DNA of 64,000 nucleotides from Escherichia coli (GTDB lineage Bacteria; Pseudomonadota; Gammaproteobacteria; Enterobacterales; Enterobacteriaceae): NCBI RefSeq assembly GCF_022846255.1, contig NZ_AP025682.1; one strand, 5' to 3'. Shown piece by piece: positions 30,928 to 41,027 of this stretch (position 1 is its first letter; each line of letters starts with the position of its first letter). The notes under the pieces were generated by a model. It saw only the letters and a program-made list of their open reading frames with translations, ran no database searches and was not told where the DNA came from. The position numbers and the translations under genes were made by a program.

Positions 30928-31998
30928 TTACTCCCCAACGCGCTCATTAATTGCCTGCGGATTGTACGTGATAAACATCGCATCACCGTAACTAAAAAAG
31001 CGATATTTCTCTTCTACCGCCGCTTTATAGGCATTCATGGTGTGTTGATAACCAGCAAATGCCGAAACCAGCATAATCAGCGTCGATTCCGGAAGGTGGA
31101 AGTTCGTCACCAGCGCATCGACCACTTTGTACTGGAAACCCGGATAGATAAAGATTTGGGTATCGTCAAAGAACGGTTCAATGAGATCGTTTTTCGCTGC
31201 CTGAGCCGCACTTTCCAGCGAACGTACTGAGGTGGTACCAACCGCAATCACCCGGTTACCGCGCGCTTTCGCCGCCAGTACCGCGTCTACCACATCCTGC
31301 GGCACTTCAGCGTATTCCGAGTGCATGATGTGATCTTCAATGGTGTCGACGCGCACCGGCTGGAAGGTGCCCGCACCAACGTGCAACGTCACAAACGCCA
31401 TCTCCACGCCTTTGGCGCGTAATTTTTCCAGCAAAGGTTCGTCAAAGTGCAGTCCGGCGGTCGGTGCTGCTACCGCGCCGGGTTTTTCGCTATAAACCGT
31501 TTGATAAAGTTCGCGGTCAGCGTCTTCGTCCGGACGGTCGATATACGGCGGCAGCGGCATATGGCCGATGCTGTTGAGGATATCCAGTACCGAACGATCA
31601 TCATTAAATTCGACTTCAAACAGTGCGCCGTGGCGCGCGGTCATCGTTGCGTTAATACTTTCGTCATCGCCCAGCAGCAGTTCTGCGCCAGGTTTTGGCG
31701 CTTTCGAGGCGCGAATATGCGCAAGAATGCGTTTTTCGTCGAGCATCCGCTCAACCAGCACTTCAATCTTGCCGCCGCTGGCTTTACGCCCAAACAGGCG
31801 CGCCGGGATCACGCGGGTATTATTAAAAACCAGAAGATCGCCGGGGTTGAGCTTATCGAGTAAATCGGTGAAAGTACCGTGCGTCAGCGCGCCCGTCGGC
31901 CCGTCCAGCGACAGTAAACGACAGCTACTGCGTTCAGGCATGGGATAGTGGGCAATCAGGGATTCGGGCAATTCAAAGGAGAAATCGGTAACGCGCAT
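30928..31998 (-). CDS. queA: S-adenosylmethionine:tRNA ribosyltransferase-isomerase
   Basis: 356-aa [41 protein letters not shown]... Confidence 0.96.
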   Translation of the reverse strand: MRVTDFSFELPESLIAHYPMPERSSCRLLSLDGPTGALTHGTFTDLLDKLNPGDLLVFNNTRVIPARLFGRKASGGKIEVLVERMLDEKRILAHIRASKAPKPGAELLLGDDESINATMTARHGALFEVEFNDDRSVLDILNSIGHMPLPPYIDRPDEDADRELYQTVYSEKPGAVAAPTAGLHFDEPLLEKLRAKGVEMAFVTLHVGAGTFQPVRVDTIEDHIMHSEYAEVPQDVVDAVLAAKARGNRVIAVGTTSVRSLESAAQAAKNDLIEPFFDDTQIFIYPGFQYKVVDALVTNFHLPESTLIMLVSAFAGYQHTMNAYKAAVEEKYRFFSYGDAMFITYNPQAINERVGE

Positions 31999-32293
31999 GA
32001 CACTGACTCAGACTAAAATAAGAGGCGGGTAGTCTAGTGCCGGGGCGCTCTCCCTGCAACCTTTACCCTCCTTGATGGATGACATAATCTATACACAAAA
32101 TCATTCAAGATGCATCGAGATGGCAACTGAATGAGTCCCCAGGAGCTTACATTAAGTAAGTGACTGGGGTGAGTGACAAATCTGTCCGGAACAGATTTGA
32201 ACACCGTGTAACGGTGGCCCGTAAGGGCGAGGCTCATGGATGAGCCGAGTAACTAGCAGCCAACGAAGAGGCAGTTTGAAGGATGAAGTGTAT

Positions 32294-32875
32294 ATGAATT
32301 TTTTAGCTCACCTGCATTTAGCCCATCTCGCGGAAAGCTCGCTTTCCGGCAATTTGCTGGCTGATTTCGTACGCGGAAATCCTGAAGAAAGTTTTCCGCC
32401 CGACGTCGTGGCTGGCATTCATATGCATCGGCGCATTGATGTACTAACCGACAATCTGCCGGAAGTCCGCGAAGCACGGGAATGGTTTCGTAGTGAAACG
32501 CGCCGCGTTGCGCCTATTACCCTGGATGTCATGTGGGATCACTTTCTTTCCCGCCACTGGTCGCAGCTGTCGCCGGACTTTCCGCTACAGGAATTTGTCT
32601 GTTATGCCCGCGAGCAAGTGATGACGATTTTGCCGGACTCACCGCCACGTTTTATCAATCTGAACAATTACTTGTGGTCAGAGCAGTGGCTGGTGCGCTA
32701 TCGCGATATGGATTTCATCCAGAACGTGTTAAACGGCATGGCAAGCCGTCGCCCACGTCTGGATGCCCTGCGTGACTCCTGGTACGATTTAAACGCACAT
32801 TATGCCGCCCTCGAAACCCGCTTCTGGCAGTTTTATCCGCGGATGATGGCGCAGGCGTCACGCAAGGCGCTCTGA
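32294..32875 (+). CDS. acpH: Acyl carrier protein phosphodiesterase
   Basis: Start re-derived at [30 protein letters not shown] (193 aa) within the 211-aa track ORF. Confidence 0.93.
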   Translation: MNFLAHLHLAHLAESSLSGNLLADFVRGNPEESFPPDVVAGIHMHRRIDVLTDNLPEVREAREWFRSETRRVAPITLDVMWDHFLSRHWSQLSPDFPLQEFVCYAREQVMTILPDSPPRFINLNNYLWSEQWLVRYRDMDFIQNVLNGMASRRPRLDALRDSWYDLNAHYAALETRFWQFYPRMMAQASRKAL

Positions 32876-32895
32876 AACTTCAAGCTCCGGCATCA

Positions 32896-34341
32896 CTATT
32901 TTTTAGCATTCGCATCCAGCGGGGCGGCATAACAACTGTAAGAAAAACATTCGCTGGAATGATTGGCGATATCTTTAAAGTTGCTTTCAGCAACCCCCTC
33001 GAACATGAGTACCGTTCTGGATAACTCTCCGTTGTCATTTATATGTGGAAAATCAAATTGTGTACTGAATCGCCATACATCTGTCTTTTCTGGCTCGCTG
33101 TTCACAGAGATACGTCGATGGATGGCTCCTCCTGAAAACGTGCGCCAGAACAATTGTTGATCAAAATCTTGTAATATCGCACACTTGGATGCTATTTGAC
33201 GTAGTAAACCTGCATACCGTGGACTGCCATTACGAGCAACATTATGCAAACCCTGACTAAAAGCATCAAACAAACAATAGATATGATCACTAGTGAAAAA
33301 AGGTCTTAATTTTTTTTGTTCTTCATCGCTGTAATCCAGGAGCATCTCATTGATTTCTTCCGGTGAGAATTTTAAGACAAAATTATCCTCAGGATTTGTT
33401 TCTTTCTTGTTTTTTTCACTATTCTTCTCCTCAATGGTCTTCGCATTTTGTTTCGCAATTTTTTTCGCATTTTCTTCCTCAGTTTTTTTCGCAATTTTTT
33501 CCCGAGTTTTTGGTTTTAGACTAACACCATCGATGTCAACCGGTGTTGTTTTCAGATCTCTCTGCGCGTCTTTCAAATTTGTCTTATAGAGATCGGGCAC
33601 TTTATCGGCAGATAAGTATCCGGATGAAGAAATCTGGTGTGTACGCATGGGGGGCTGTTCACAAAGCATCGAGGCTATATCGTCTTTAAACTCTTTTACA
33701 TTAAAGTTATCGGCATTAACCTTCCCTGTTATAAACCCCGCATCGGCAATTTTCTTCTCTAATTGTTTTGTACGTTTAGAATAATAAGCGTTGTTATCAT
33801 AAAACTTTTCAAGAAGGGCCCACTCCTCAAGCTGCCTTATGTGATTTTTCAACTGTTGATGATCTATTTTATATTCATGTGTACTAGAATCATTTTGGTT
33901 GCAAGAGTTACAGATTTTTAAGCATAATTTTCCATCAGATTTATCATCTATGGTATCAGTGAAAATATAGGACACTTCAATATTCTGCCCGTTCTTATCA
34001 GTCATCTCATATGACCATTGCCCCGTTCGTTTCGCATTCTTAATGAGTTCGATGGACTCTGCAGGACAACCATGAAGAATGGGCAGAATTTTATCAGGAT
34101 GCTTAATGAGTAAAATCATTATATTTACAATATTTGAAAAGAAATCTTTGCTATTTTTTATTTCATCGATTTTTTCCGCTGAAATGTTTACTAAGTTTTC
34201 ATTTCCGGAAATGAAAAGCAATTTGCCATGGGGGCTTTTTTTAAATTGTTCTTCTGTTTTAGAAAAGACATCCTCTTTAAAAGGTGGCAACTCAGTACCA
34301 GTAATAAACGGTTTCAATAAATTCGAATTTGAAATTGTCAT
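32896..34341 (-). CDS. Hypothetical 481-aa protein on an AT-rich islet (unassigned; candidate horizontally acquired effector or defence protein)
   Basis: Uninterrupted 1446-nt ORF with ATG start and GGAG 7 nt upstream; nucleotide composition visibly AT-rich against the flanking core genes; not in the K-12 acpH-malZ interval as I remember it; Lys/Glu-rich repetitive centre; no Walker A, HExxH or other motif I can recognise. Confidence 0.8.
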   Translation of the reverse strand: MTISNSNLLKPFITGTELPPFKEDVFSKTEEQFKKSPHGKLLFISGNENLVNISAEKIDEIKNSKDFFSNIVNIMILLIKHPDKILPILHGCPAESIELIKNAKRTGQWSYEMTDKNGQNIEVSYIFTDTIDDKSDGKLCLKICNSCNQNDSSTHEYKIDHQQLKNHIRQLEEWALLEKFYDNNAYYSKRTKQLEKKIADAGFITGKVNADNFNVKEFKDDIASMLCEQPPMRTHQISSSGYLSADKVPDLYKTNLKDAQRDLKTTPVDIDGVSLKPKTREKIAKKTEEENAKKIAKQNAKTIEEKNSEKNKKETNPEDNFVLKFSPEEINEMLLDYSDEEQKKLRPFFTSDHIYCLFDAFSQGLHNVARNGSPRYAGLLRQIASKCAILQDFDQQLFWRTFSGGAIHRRISVNSEPEKTDVWRFSTQFDFPHINDNGELSRTVLMFEGVAESNFKDIANHSSECFSYSCYAAPLDANAKK

Positions 34342-34448
34342 ATCTTTGCTCCACTACAGGGTTATCCTGGAGCATGTTGTACATAACCTCATGGGCAAAG
34401 AATACCAAAAATCGCTCATATCGATCGGGACAAATATTTAACAAACTC

Positions 34449-34494
34449 AGCCCTGACATTGTGCAGATTTTTCGCTGCGTAGTGTCAGGGCTGA
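34449..34494 (-). terminator. Strong stem-loop downstream of malZ (candidate malZ terminator)
   Basis: Perfect 11-bp inverted repeat cagccctgaca / tgtcagggctg with a 24-nt loop, 33 nt past the malZ stop; followed on the minus strand by a T-rich but interrupted tract. Confidence 0.45.
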
Positions 34495-34526
34495 TGACTA
34501 ACGACGTAACAAATAAAACAGATGCT

Positions 34527-36344
34527 TTAGTTCATCCATACCGTAGCCGAAATGGCAGGCAAAGCCAGAATCCCGTCTGTCAGTTGCCCATGGCCTTCTT
34601 TGCGTTGCCATTGCGCAACATTAAGCAACGGTGACGCGGGTAGCACCACTTCACAGGCTTCTCCACGGTTGATTGCCACCAGTACACGCTGCTGATTCAG
34701 CACGCGGCCAAATACCACCACGTTATCTTCCGCATACAGCACCTGACAGCCGCCACGACGCAGCGCCTGACTTTTCTTACGCAGCGCAATCATTCGCTGG
34801 TACAGCGCGAATAACGCCGTATCCTGCTTTTCCACCTGCCAGGGGAACGGTTTACGGCAAAACGGATCGTTTTTACCATCCAGTCCCACTTCATCACCGT
34901 AATAAATGCACGGTACACCAGGCCAGGTGAACAACCAGACCACCGCCAGCGGCAGGCGCGCAATATCCCGACCGAGCAGCGTTTTAAATCGCGCAGTATC
35001 GTGGCTATCGAGCTGATTAAACATACGTAATTGCTGTTGATGAGAAAGCCCTGCGCGGTAATTATCCATCCAGGCCATACAGGTTTGGGCGTCAATTTGC
35101 TGCGGATCATAAGAGATATCGGTGTTGGCGAGAAATCCCCACAACGGGAATGTGAAGCCGCGATAGTTCATGGCGGCATCTTCCACATCGGCCTGTAACC
35201 ATTGCCGTGCATCGCCAAAATGCTCTCCGACAATATACGCTTCCGGCTGAGTTTCTTTCGCCGCTTCGGTGATCCCAGCAACGTGCTGCAAATTATTGCG
35301 CGCCCCACCCGCTTCCCCCAGCATATGCACCACATCCAGCCGCCAGCCGTCCATATTCCACGGCGCTTTCAGCCAGTGGCGGACAATACTGTCTTCCCCG
35401 CGATAAATTTCATTCACCAGACTTTCCGACTGATAATCCAGCTTCGGCAAGCTGGCATAGCCCAGCCAGTCGAGCGCCGTGCCATCATCACTAAACGAGT
35501 ACCAGTCGCGCCAGGGCGATTCGGGGTTGTGACAAGCTCCCCCCGTGCCACGATTGTGCCTGTCAAACCAGGCATGGGAATCGCCACTGTGGTTAAACAC
35601 GCCGTCCAGCACCAGTCGCATTCCCAGCTGCTGCGTATTGTGTCGCAAACGCAGCAACGCCCCATCACCGCCAAACTGCGGATCGACATGGCGATAATCC
35701 TCGGTATCGTATTTATGCACGCTGGGAGCTTTAAACACCGGATTGAGATACAGCGCCGTCACGCCAAGTTTTTTCAGATACGGCAGTTTTTCACTTATCC
35801 CGTCCAGATCGCCGCCATAGAACGTTGATCCGCCAGCCTGCGCCGTGACCGGTTCATCCCAGTCACGCAATATGATCTCTTGTCCGGCTGCGTGATGGTA
35901 ATAGACATGATCCTGTTCAGCTTCACGAGGAAGATTACGGGCGAAACGATCAGGGAAGATCTGATAAAAAATCTGATCCGCAGCCCATTGTGGGCCGATA
36001 TCCGGTACATCAATGGCAAACTGCTCCAGTCGTGCTGGCGGCATTCGGCTGAAGCCTTGCGGTGTAAACCAACGCTGGCGATCGTGCCACAGCAATTTGA
36101 AACTATAACGCCGCCGAGGTTGTCCGCTGGAGAGATCGATCGCCGCCCGCCATGCGGTGACGCCAGGCTGCGGCTGACTGCGCTGCTTATGCATCGGTAC
36201 TGACATTTCTTCGTTATCGTGTTCTGTACGCAGCATAATGCGCTGCGGTGGGTCTTCGCCCGTCAGCCACAGTGTAATGAGCAGTTGATCTTTGCTTTGT
36301 TTAACAAATGGGGGCACCGGCAGATGCCATGCATTTAACATCAT
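34527..36344 (-). CDS. malZ: Maltodextrin glucosidase
   Basis: 605-aa [36 protein letters not shown]...; the true start may be the second Met (604 aa). Confidence 0.95.
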   Translation of the reverse strand: MMLNAWHLPVPPFVKQSKDQLLITLWLTGEDPPQRIMLRTEHDNEEMSVPMHKQRSQPQPGVTAWRAAIDLSSGQPRRRYSFKLLWHDRQRWFTPQGFSRMPPARLEQFAIDVPDIGPQWAADQIFYQIFPDRFARNLPREAEQDHVYYHHAAGQEIILRDWDEPVTAQAGGSTFYGGDLDGISEKLPYLKKLGVTALYLNPVFKAPSVHKYDTEDYRHVDPQFGGDGALLRLRHNTQQLGMRLVLDGVFNHSGDSHAWFDRHNRGTGGACHNPESPWRDWYSFSDDGTALDWLGYASLPKLDYQSESLVNEIYRGEDSIVRHWLKAPWNMDGWRLDVVHMLGEAGGARNNLQHVAGITEAAKETQPEAYIVGEHFGDARQWLQADVEDAAMNYRGFTFPLWGFLANTDISYDPQQIDAQTCMAWMDNYRAGLSHQQQLRMFNQLDSHDTARFKTLLGRDIARLPLAVVWLFTWPGVPCIYYGDEVGLDGKNDPFCRKPFPWQVEKQDTALFALYQRMIALRKKSQALRRGGCQVLYAEDNVVVFGRVLNQQRVLVAINRGEACEVVLPASPLLNVAQWQRKEGHGQLTDGILALPAISATVWMN

Positions 36345-36499
36345 AATTCCCCTGTGATGAAAATCTGATCACCTTGCCATAGCCTAATGCAGGATCACTC
36401 ATCATCTGAAGGGTATTTGGGGGAGGAGGACGGGGGCGGATAACTTTCGGAATAGCCGGATCAGGATTTCCTCCTGAACCGGCTTACAGAACGCAAGGA

Positions 36500-37873
36500 T
36501 TACTGGTTTTCAGCCAGCTGACGATCGTGGCGGCGCTTAAACATCCAGCCAATCAACAGCACAACAATCCACGCGAAACCGACATACAGCGAGATACGCG
36601 TATCAGGGTGATAACCAATCAACCCGATAATAAAGAGCAGGAAAATCAAACCGCCGATGGTCGTTGCTACCCCACCCGGCACTTTAAATTTCAGCGCCTT
36701 AACTTCTTCTGGCGGCAAACGGCGACGGAAGGCGATTTGCGACAGCAGGATCATAATCCACACCCACACCGTGGCGAAGGTTGCCAGCGAAGCGATCACC
36801 AGGAAGACGTTTTCCGGCATGATGTAGTTCAGATACACCGCAAACAGCAGCGCGGTAGTCATCACCAGCACCGTAACCCACGGAATACCGCGACGCGAGG
36901 TTTTGCTGAAAATTTTTGGCGCGCTGCCCTGCTCTGCCATACCGTGGAGCATACGGCCTACACCAAATACGTCACTGTTAATTGCCGACAGCGAAGCGGT
37001 CAGCACAACAAAGTTAAGAATGCTGGCGGCAAAGGTAATGCCCATATGCTGGAACGTCAGCACAAACGGGCTACCGGCAGTGCCAACCTGATTCCACGGG
37101 TAGATAGACATAATGACGAACAGCGTACCGACGTAGAACACCAGAATACGCATCGGCACGGAGTTAATCGCACGCGGAATCGATTTCTCAGGATCTTTCG
37201 CTTCACCGGCGGTAATCCCGATAATTTCGATCCCACCGTAAGCAAACATCACCATTTGCAACGACATCACCATACCAAGCCAGCCGTTACTGAAGAAGCC
37301 GCCGTTGCTCCACAGGTTATGAATACCGGTCGGTTGCCCGCCGTTGCCAATCCCCCAGATGATGATGCCGAAACCGGCGACAATCATGATGATGATAGTG
37401 GCGACTTTAAAGAACGAGAACCAGAACTCCAGCTCACCGAATACCTTCACGCTCATCAGGTTTACGGCGCAAATGATCAGCACCACACTCAGTACCCAAA
37501 TCCAGTGCGGCACCGTCGGGAACCAGACACCCATATAGATACCAAAAGCGGTCACATCGGCGATGGCGACAATAAGGATTTCAAAGCAGTAGGTCCAGCC
37601 GGTAATGTAACCTGCCAGCGGGCCGAGGTTTTCCTGCGCATAACGCGAGAAAGAGCTGGCTGCCGGGTTATGTACCGACATTTCCCCCAGCGCACGCATA
37701 ATGATATACGCCGCGATACCACCGATAATATAGGCCAACAACACGCTTGGACCGGCCATTTTGATGGCATCTGCCGAACCGTAAAACAGCCCGGTGCCAA
37801 TTGCTGAACCCAGTGCCATAAAGCGTATGTGTCGGGTACTTAGCCCACGCTTTAGCTTGTTCTTACTTTCCAT
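36500..37873 (-). CDS. proY: Proline-specific permease ProY (APC family)
   Basis: Start taken at the second Met, [32 protein letters not shown] (457 aa). Confidence 0.94.
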   Translation of the reverse strand: MESKNKLKRGLSTRHIRFMALGSAIGTGLFYGSADAIKMAGPSVLLAYIIGGIAAYIIMRALGEMSVHNPAASSFSRYAQENLGPLAGYITGWTYCFEILIVAIADVTAFGIYMGVWFPTVPHWIWVLSVVLIICAVNLMSVKVFGELEFWFSFFKVATIIIMIVAGFGIIIWGIGNGGQPTGIHNLWSNGGFFSNGWLGMVMSLQMVMFAYGGIEIIGITAGEAKDPEKSIPRAINSVPMRILVFYVGTLFVIMSIYPWNQVGTAGSPFVLTFQHMGITFAASILNFVVLTASLSAINSDVFGVGRMLHGMAEQGSAPKIFSKTSRRGIPWVTVLVMTTALLFAVYLNYIMPENVFLVIASLATFATVWVWIMILLSQIAFRRRLPPEEVKALKFKVPGGVATTIGGLIFLLFIIGLIGYHPDTRISLYVGFAWIVVLLIGWMFKRRHDRQLAENQ

Positions 37874-37948
37874 CAATTCCTAACCCATCAACACAATAAA
37901 AAACCACGGGGCATCGCAGCCCCGTGGTTAAAACAAATATTCAGTGAT

Positions 37949-39268
37949 TTAGTGAGCGCTGGAGGTCACCTGACGACCTGCCGCGCGATCCCAAATAATG
38001 GCCAGAACCACCATCACCACTGTTGGCATTAACCACGCAAGACCTTGTTCGGCCAGCGGTAAGCGCTGCGCCCAGGACGGTAAGATATCGCTGAATGCAG
38101 ATGCTTTGATCCCGTCGAGAATACCAAAAAGCAGGCTGATAAACATCGGCGGAGCAATCACGCGGGACGAATTATGCCACCATGAGCGTGTAAAACTTAA
38201 TACAACCAGTGCGATACACGGCGGATAAATAGCGGTCAGCACCGGTACGGAGATCTGAATCAGCTGGCTCAAGCCGAGGTTAGACACCACCATCGAGAAG
38301 CCGCCGAGGATAAACACCAGCGTACGATAGGAGAGCGGTACGTACTGAGCAAAGAATTCTGCACAAGCACAGGTCAGGCCAACCGCCGTGACCAGGCAGG
38401 CGATAAAGATTAACGCCGCCAGCAGGAAGCTACCGCCGCCGCCAAAGGTGTGCTGAACGTAGGCATGCAGAATAGCCGCACCGTTTGCAGACTGATCGAC
38501 CAGCGACGCGCTGTCTGAACCCAGACGGAACAGTGCAAGGTACAGCAGAGTCAGACCAACACCCGCCATCAGGCCAGCCCAGACGGTATAACGGGTCAGC
38601 AGACGCGCTTCAGTAACGCCACGAGAACGCGCCGCGTTAACAATAACGATACCAAACACCATTGCGCCCAGCGTATCCATGGTCAGATAGCCGTTAACGA
38701 AGCCGTTAGAAAACGCAGCGTTTTGATAAGCCTCAGTCGCCGTGCTGATAGAACCCGCCGGCCAGATAATTGCGGCAACAGACAGGATGACCAGCGCGAT
38801 AATTTTCAACGGTGCAAGGAAGTTGCCGACGGTATCCAGCAGCTTGCCCGGATAGAGCGAAACCAGAATAACGATAGCGAAATAGACCAGGCTGTAGATA
38901 AACAGCGGCAGCGCGGAGTCACCCGTCAGGGGCGCAATGCCCACTTCAAAGGAGACGGTGGCTGTACGCGGCGTAGCGAACAACGGCCCTACAGCCAGGT
39001 AGCAAACCGTTGCCAGCAGTACGCCAGCGACTTTACCGATTGGCGTGCTGAGGCTGTCAACACCGCCGCCAACTTTCGCCAGCGCCACCACCGTTAATAC
39101 CGGCAGGCCAACGGCAGTAATGAGGAAGCCGAATGCCGCAGTCCAGACGTGTTCGCCTGCCTGCAAGCCGACCATTGGAGGGAAAATGATGTTACCTGCG
39201 CCGACGAACAACGCAAATGTCATAAAGCCCAGAGCGATGATATCGCGCGATCTTAATTGATGGGTCAT
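37949..39268 (-). CDS. brnQ: Branched-chain amino acid transport system II carrier
   Basis: 439-aa [37 protein letters not shown]... Confidence 0.95.
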   Translation of the reverse strand: MTHQLRSRDIIALGFMTFALFVGAGNIIFPPMVGLQAGEHVWTAAFGFLITAVGLPVLTVVALAKVGGGVDSLSTPIGKVAGVLLATVCYLAVGPLFATPRTATVSFEVGIAPLTGDSALPLFIYSLVYFAIVILVSLYPGKLLDTVGNFLAPLKIIALVILSVAAIIWPAGSISTATEAYQNAAFSNGFVNGYLTMDTLGAMVFGIVIVNAARSRGVTEARLLTRYTVWAGLMAGVGLTLLYLALFRLGSDSASLVDQSANGAAILHAYVQHTFGGGGSFLLAALIFIACLVTAVGLTCACAEFFAQYVPLSYRTLVFILGGFSMVVSNLGLSQLIQISVPVLTAIYPPCIALVVLSFTRSWWHNSSRVIAPPMFISLLFGILDGIKASAFSDILPSWAQRLPLAEQGLAWLMPTVVMVVLAIIWDRAAGRQVTSSAH

Positions 39269-39610
39269 AAATCATACTGCCTGTGGATGTGGTGTTGTAA
39301 CGTTAAATTTTTGTGCCAATCCCTGGGGATGATACAGCGGTATATTTAAACAATTTTAGCGGGAAATACTCCCAACCAGGCGCGGCGAAGAATAGTTTTT
39401 CGATTTACCGCGTAAATGCAGTCAGTATGACAGCACCTGAAGCGCAATTTAAACGCTTATAACGTTTTAAAGCAAGAAGGGATCTAAAAACCAGAGGTAT
39501 ATAGCGATAAGAAATCACCAACCAGTATAAAACACTATTTCAATGAAAAAGACATGGCTAATCATGCGAACAAAAAATCACCAACCATTGTAAAATCTAA
39601 CGCCCGTATT

Positions 39611-39647
39611 TCGACTGCAAAGAAAATAAGCCAGCATCGGCTGGCTT
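39611..39647 (-). terminator. Putative rho-independent terminator of phoBR
   Basis: Hairpin aagccagc-atcg-gctggctt followed on the minus strand by a T-rich tract, ~30 nt past the phoR stop. Confidence 0.55.
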
Positions 39648-39674
39648 ATGGCAATAAAAGATGACAAAGGCGAA

Positions 39675-40970
39675 TTAATCGCTGTTTTTGGCAATTAAAC
39701 GTTCCGGGATAACAAAACTGAAACGTGTACCTTTTCCTACTGTACTCTCAATATTCAGGCGACTTTCGTGATGATTCACCGCATGTTTCACGATCGCTAA
39801 CCCTAATCCGCTACCACCGGTTTGCCGGGAACGCGCTTTATCAACGCGATAAAAACGCTCGGTCAGGCGCGGAATATGCTCCGGTGCAATGCCCGGTCCG
39901 TTATCTTCAACGCTAAATTCGGCACCGTGCGGCACTCGCTGCCAGCGTACGGTGATATGCGTGCCTTCCGGCGTATGATTCACGGCGTTATAGACCAGGT
40001 TCGAAATCGCACTGCGTAGCTGATCTTCGTTGCCAGACACCTTGAGGCCGTTATCTATCTCAAAGGTAAATGTCTGTTTTTTCTGACTCAGAGTCTGAGC
40101 CTCGCGCTCAACAACGCGCAGCATCATTGGCACATCAACCTTTTCATTGAGCAAATGCGTCGGTGCGGCTTCTATTTTCGACAGCGTCAGCAATTGCTTC
40201 ACCAGCCCTTCCATCCGCTGGGTCTGCTCGCGCATGGTGTGCAACGCTTTTTCACGTACCGCGCCTTCCAGCGGTTGCTCATCCATCATCTCCAGGTAAC
40301 CCTGTAACACGGTCAATGGCGTACGTAACTCATGGCTCACGTTGGCAAAAAAGTTACGCCGCGCCCCTTCCAGTTGATGCATTTGCGTGACATCACGCGC
40401 CACCATCAGCAACTGTTTGTGGGTATAAGGCATGACGCGAATTTCCAGATGCCGCCCGGTGTTGAGCACCAGATTAAGCGGGCGAGAAAAATCACGCGTT
40501 TTCAGATATTGCGTAAACTCCGGGTAACGCAGCAAGTTAAGGATGTTCTGCCCGTTATCTTCCGGCCAGCGCAAGCCAAGAATCTGTTGCGCCAGACCGT
40601 TGCACCAGAAAATACCGCCCTCTTCCGTGGTCAGCACCACCGCGTCGGGCAGCGACTCCGCGCCGCTACGAAAGCGTTTAATCAGATTGCCCAGTTCGCG
40701 GCGGCGTTTTTTATTTCGCAACTGCATCTGGTGTAATCCGTATAGCAGCGGTTCCCAGCTACCACGTCCCGGTGGCGGGGTCATACTACGATCCACCCAC
40801 AGCCACCATGAAAGGCGCAATAAATTCCAGAAATGCCAGATAAGCAGTCCTGTTACCGATGCCAGCAAAAACCAGGGCAGGTAACCAAAAAATGCACCCA
40901 GGATGAAAGCCGGGAGGCAGCAAAGTAGCAGCTCCAGCACCAGCCTTTTCCACGACAGCCGTTCCAGCAC
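39675..40970 (-). CDS. phoR: Phosphate regulon sensor histidine kinase PhoR
   Basis: 431-aa [39 protein letters not shown]... with the H-box ([12 protein letters not shown]). Confidence 0.96.
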   Translation of the reverse strand: MLERLSWKRLVLELLLCCLPAFILGAFFGYLPWFLLASVTGLLIWHFWNLLRLSWWLWVDRSMTPPPGRGSWEPLLYGLHQMQLRNKKRRRELGNLIKRFRSGAESLPDAVVLTTEEGGIFWCNGLAQQILGLRWPEDNGQNILNLLRYPEFTQYLKTRDFSRPLNLVLNTGRHLEIRVMPYTHKQLLMVARDVTQMHQLEGARRNFFANVSHELRTPLTVLQGYLEMMDEQPLEGAVREKALHTMREQTQRMEGLVKQLLTLSKIEAAPTHLLNEKVDVPMMLRVVEREAQTLSQKKQTFTFEIDNGLKVSGNEDQLRSAISNLVYNAVNHTPEGTHITVRWQRVPHGAEFSVEDNGPGIAPEHIPRLTERFYRVDKARSRQTGGSGLGLAIVKHAVNHHESRLNIESTVGKGTRFSFVIPERLIAKNSD

Positions 40971-41027
40971 GTAAGATACTCCAGTTAAGAATTCATAAGC
41001 CCTGCTCTGCGTCCGATGAGCAAGGCG

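Noticed and set aside
32034-32237. 67-aa ORF in the queA-acpH intergenic region
   Set aside because: Overlaps the hairpin-containing region on the opposite strand to acpH; no convincing start context; more likely regulatory DNA than coding.
33400-33510. Possible CRISPR array or non-coding tandem repeat
   Set aside because: The repeats are short (~12 nt), in-frame and inside a continuous ORF, encoding a Lys/Glu-rich segment; no repeat-spacer organisation.
32876-34526. Prophage or integrative element at the acpH-malZ islet
   Set aside because: Only one gene, no integrase, no tRNA attachment site and no recognisable att direct repeats; too small for a prophage.
35202-35828. 208-aa ORF on the + strand
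   Set aside because: Antisense to malZ; shadow ORF.
36527-37807. 426-aa ORF on the + strand
   Set aside because: Antisense to proY; His/Arg/Asp-rich translation with no features; shadow ORF.
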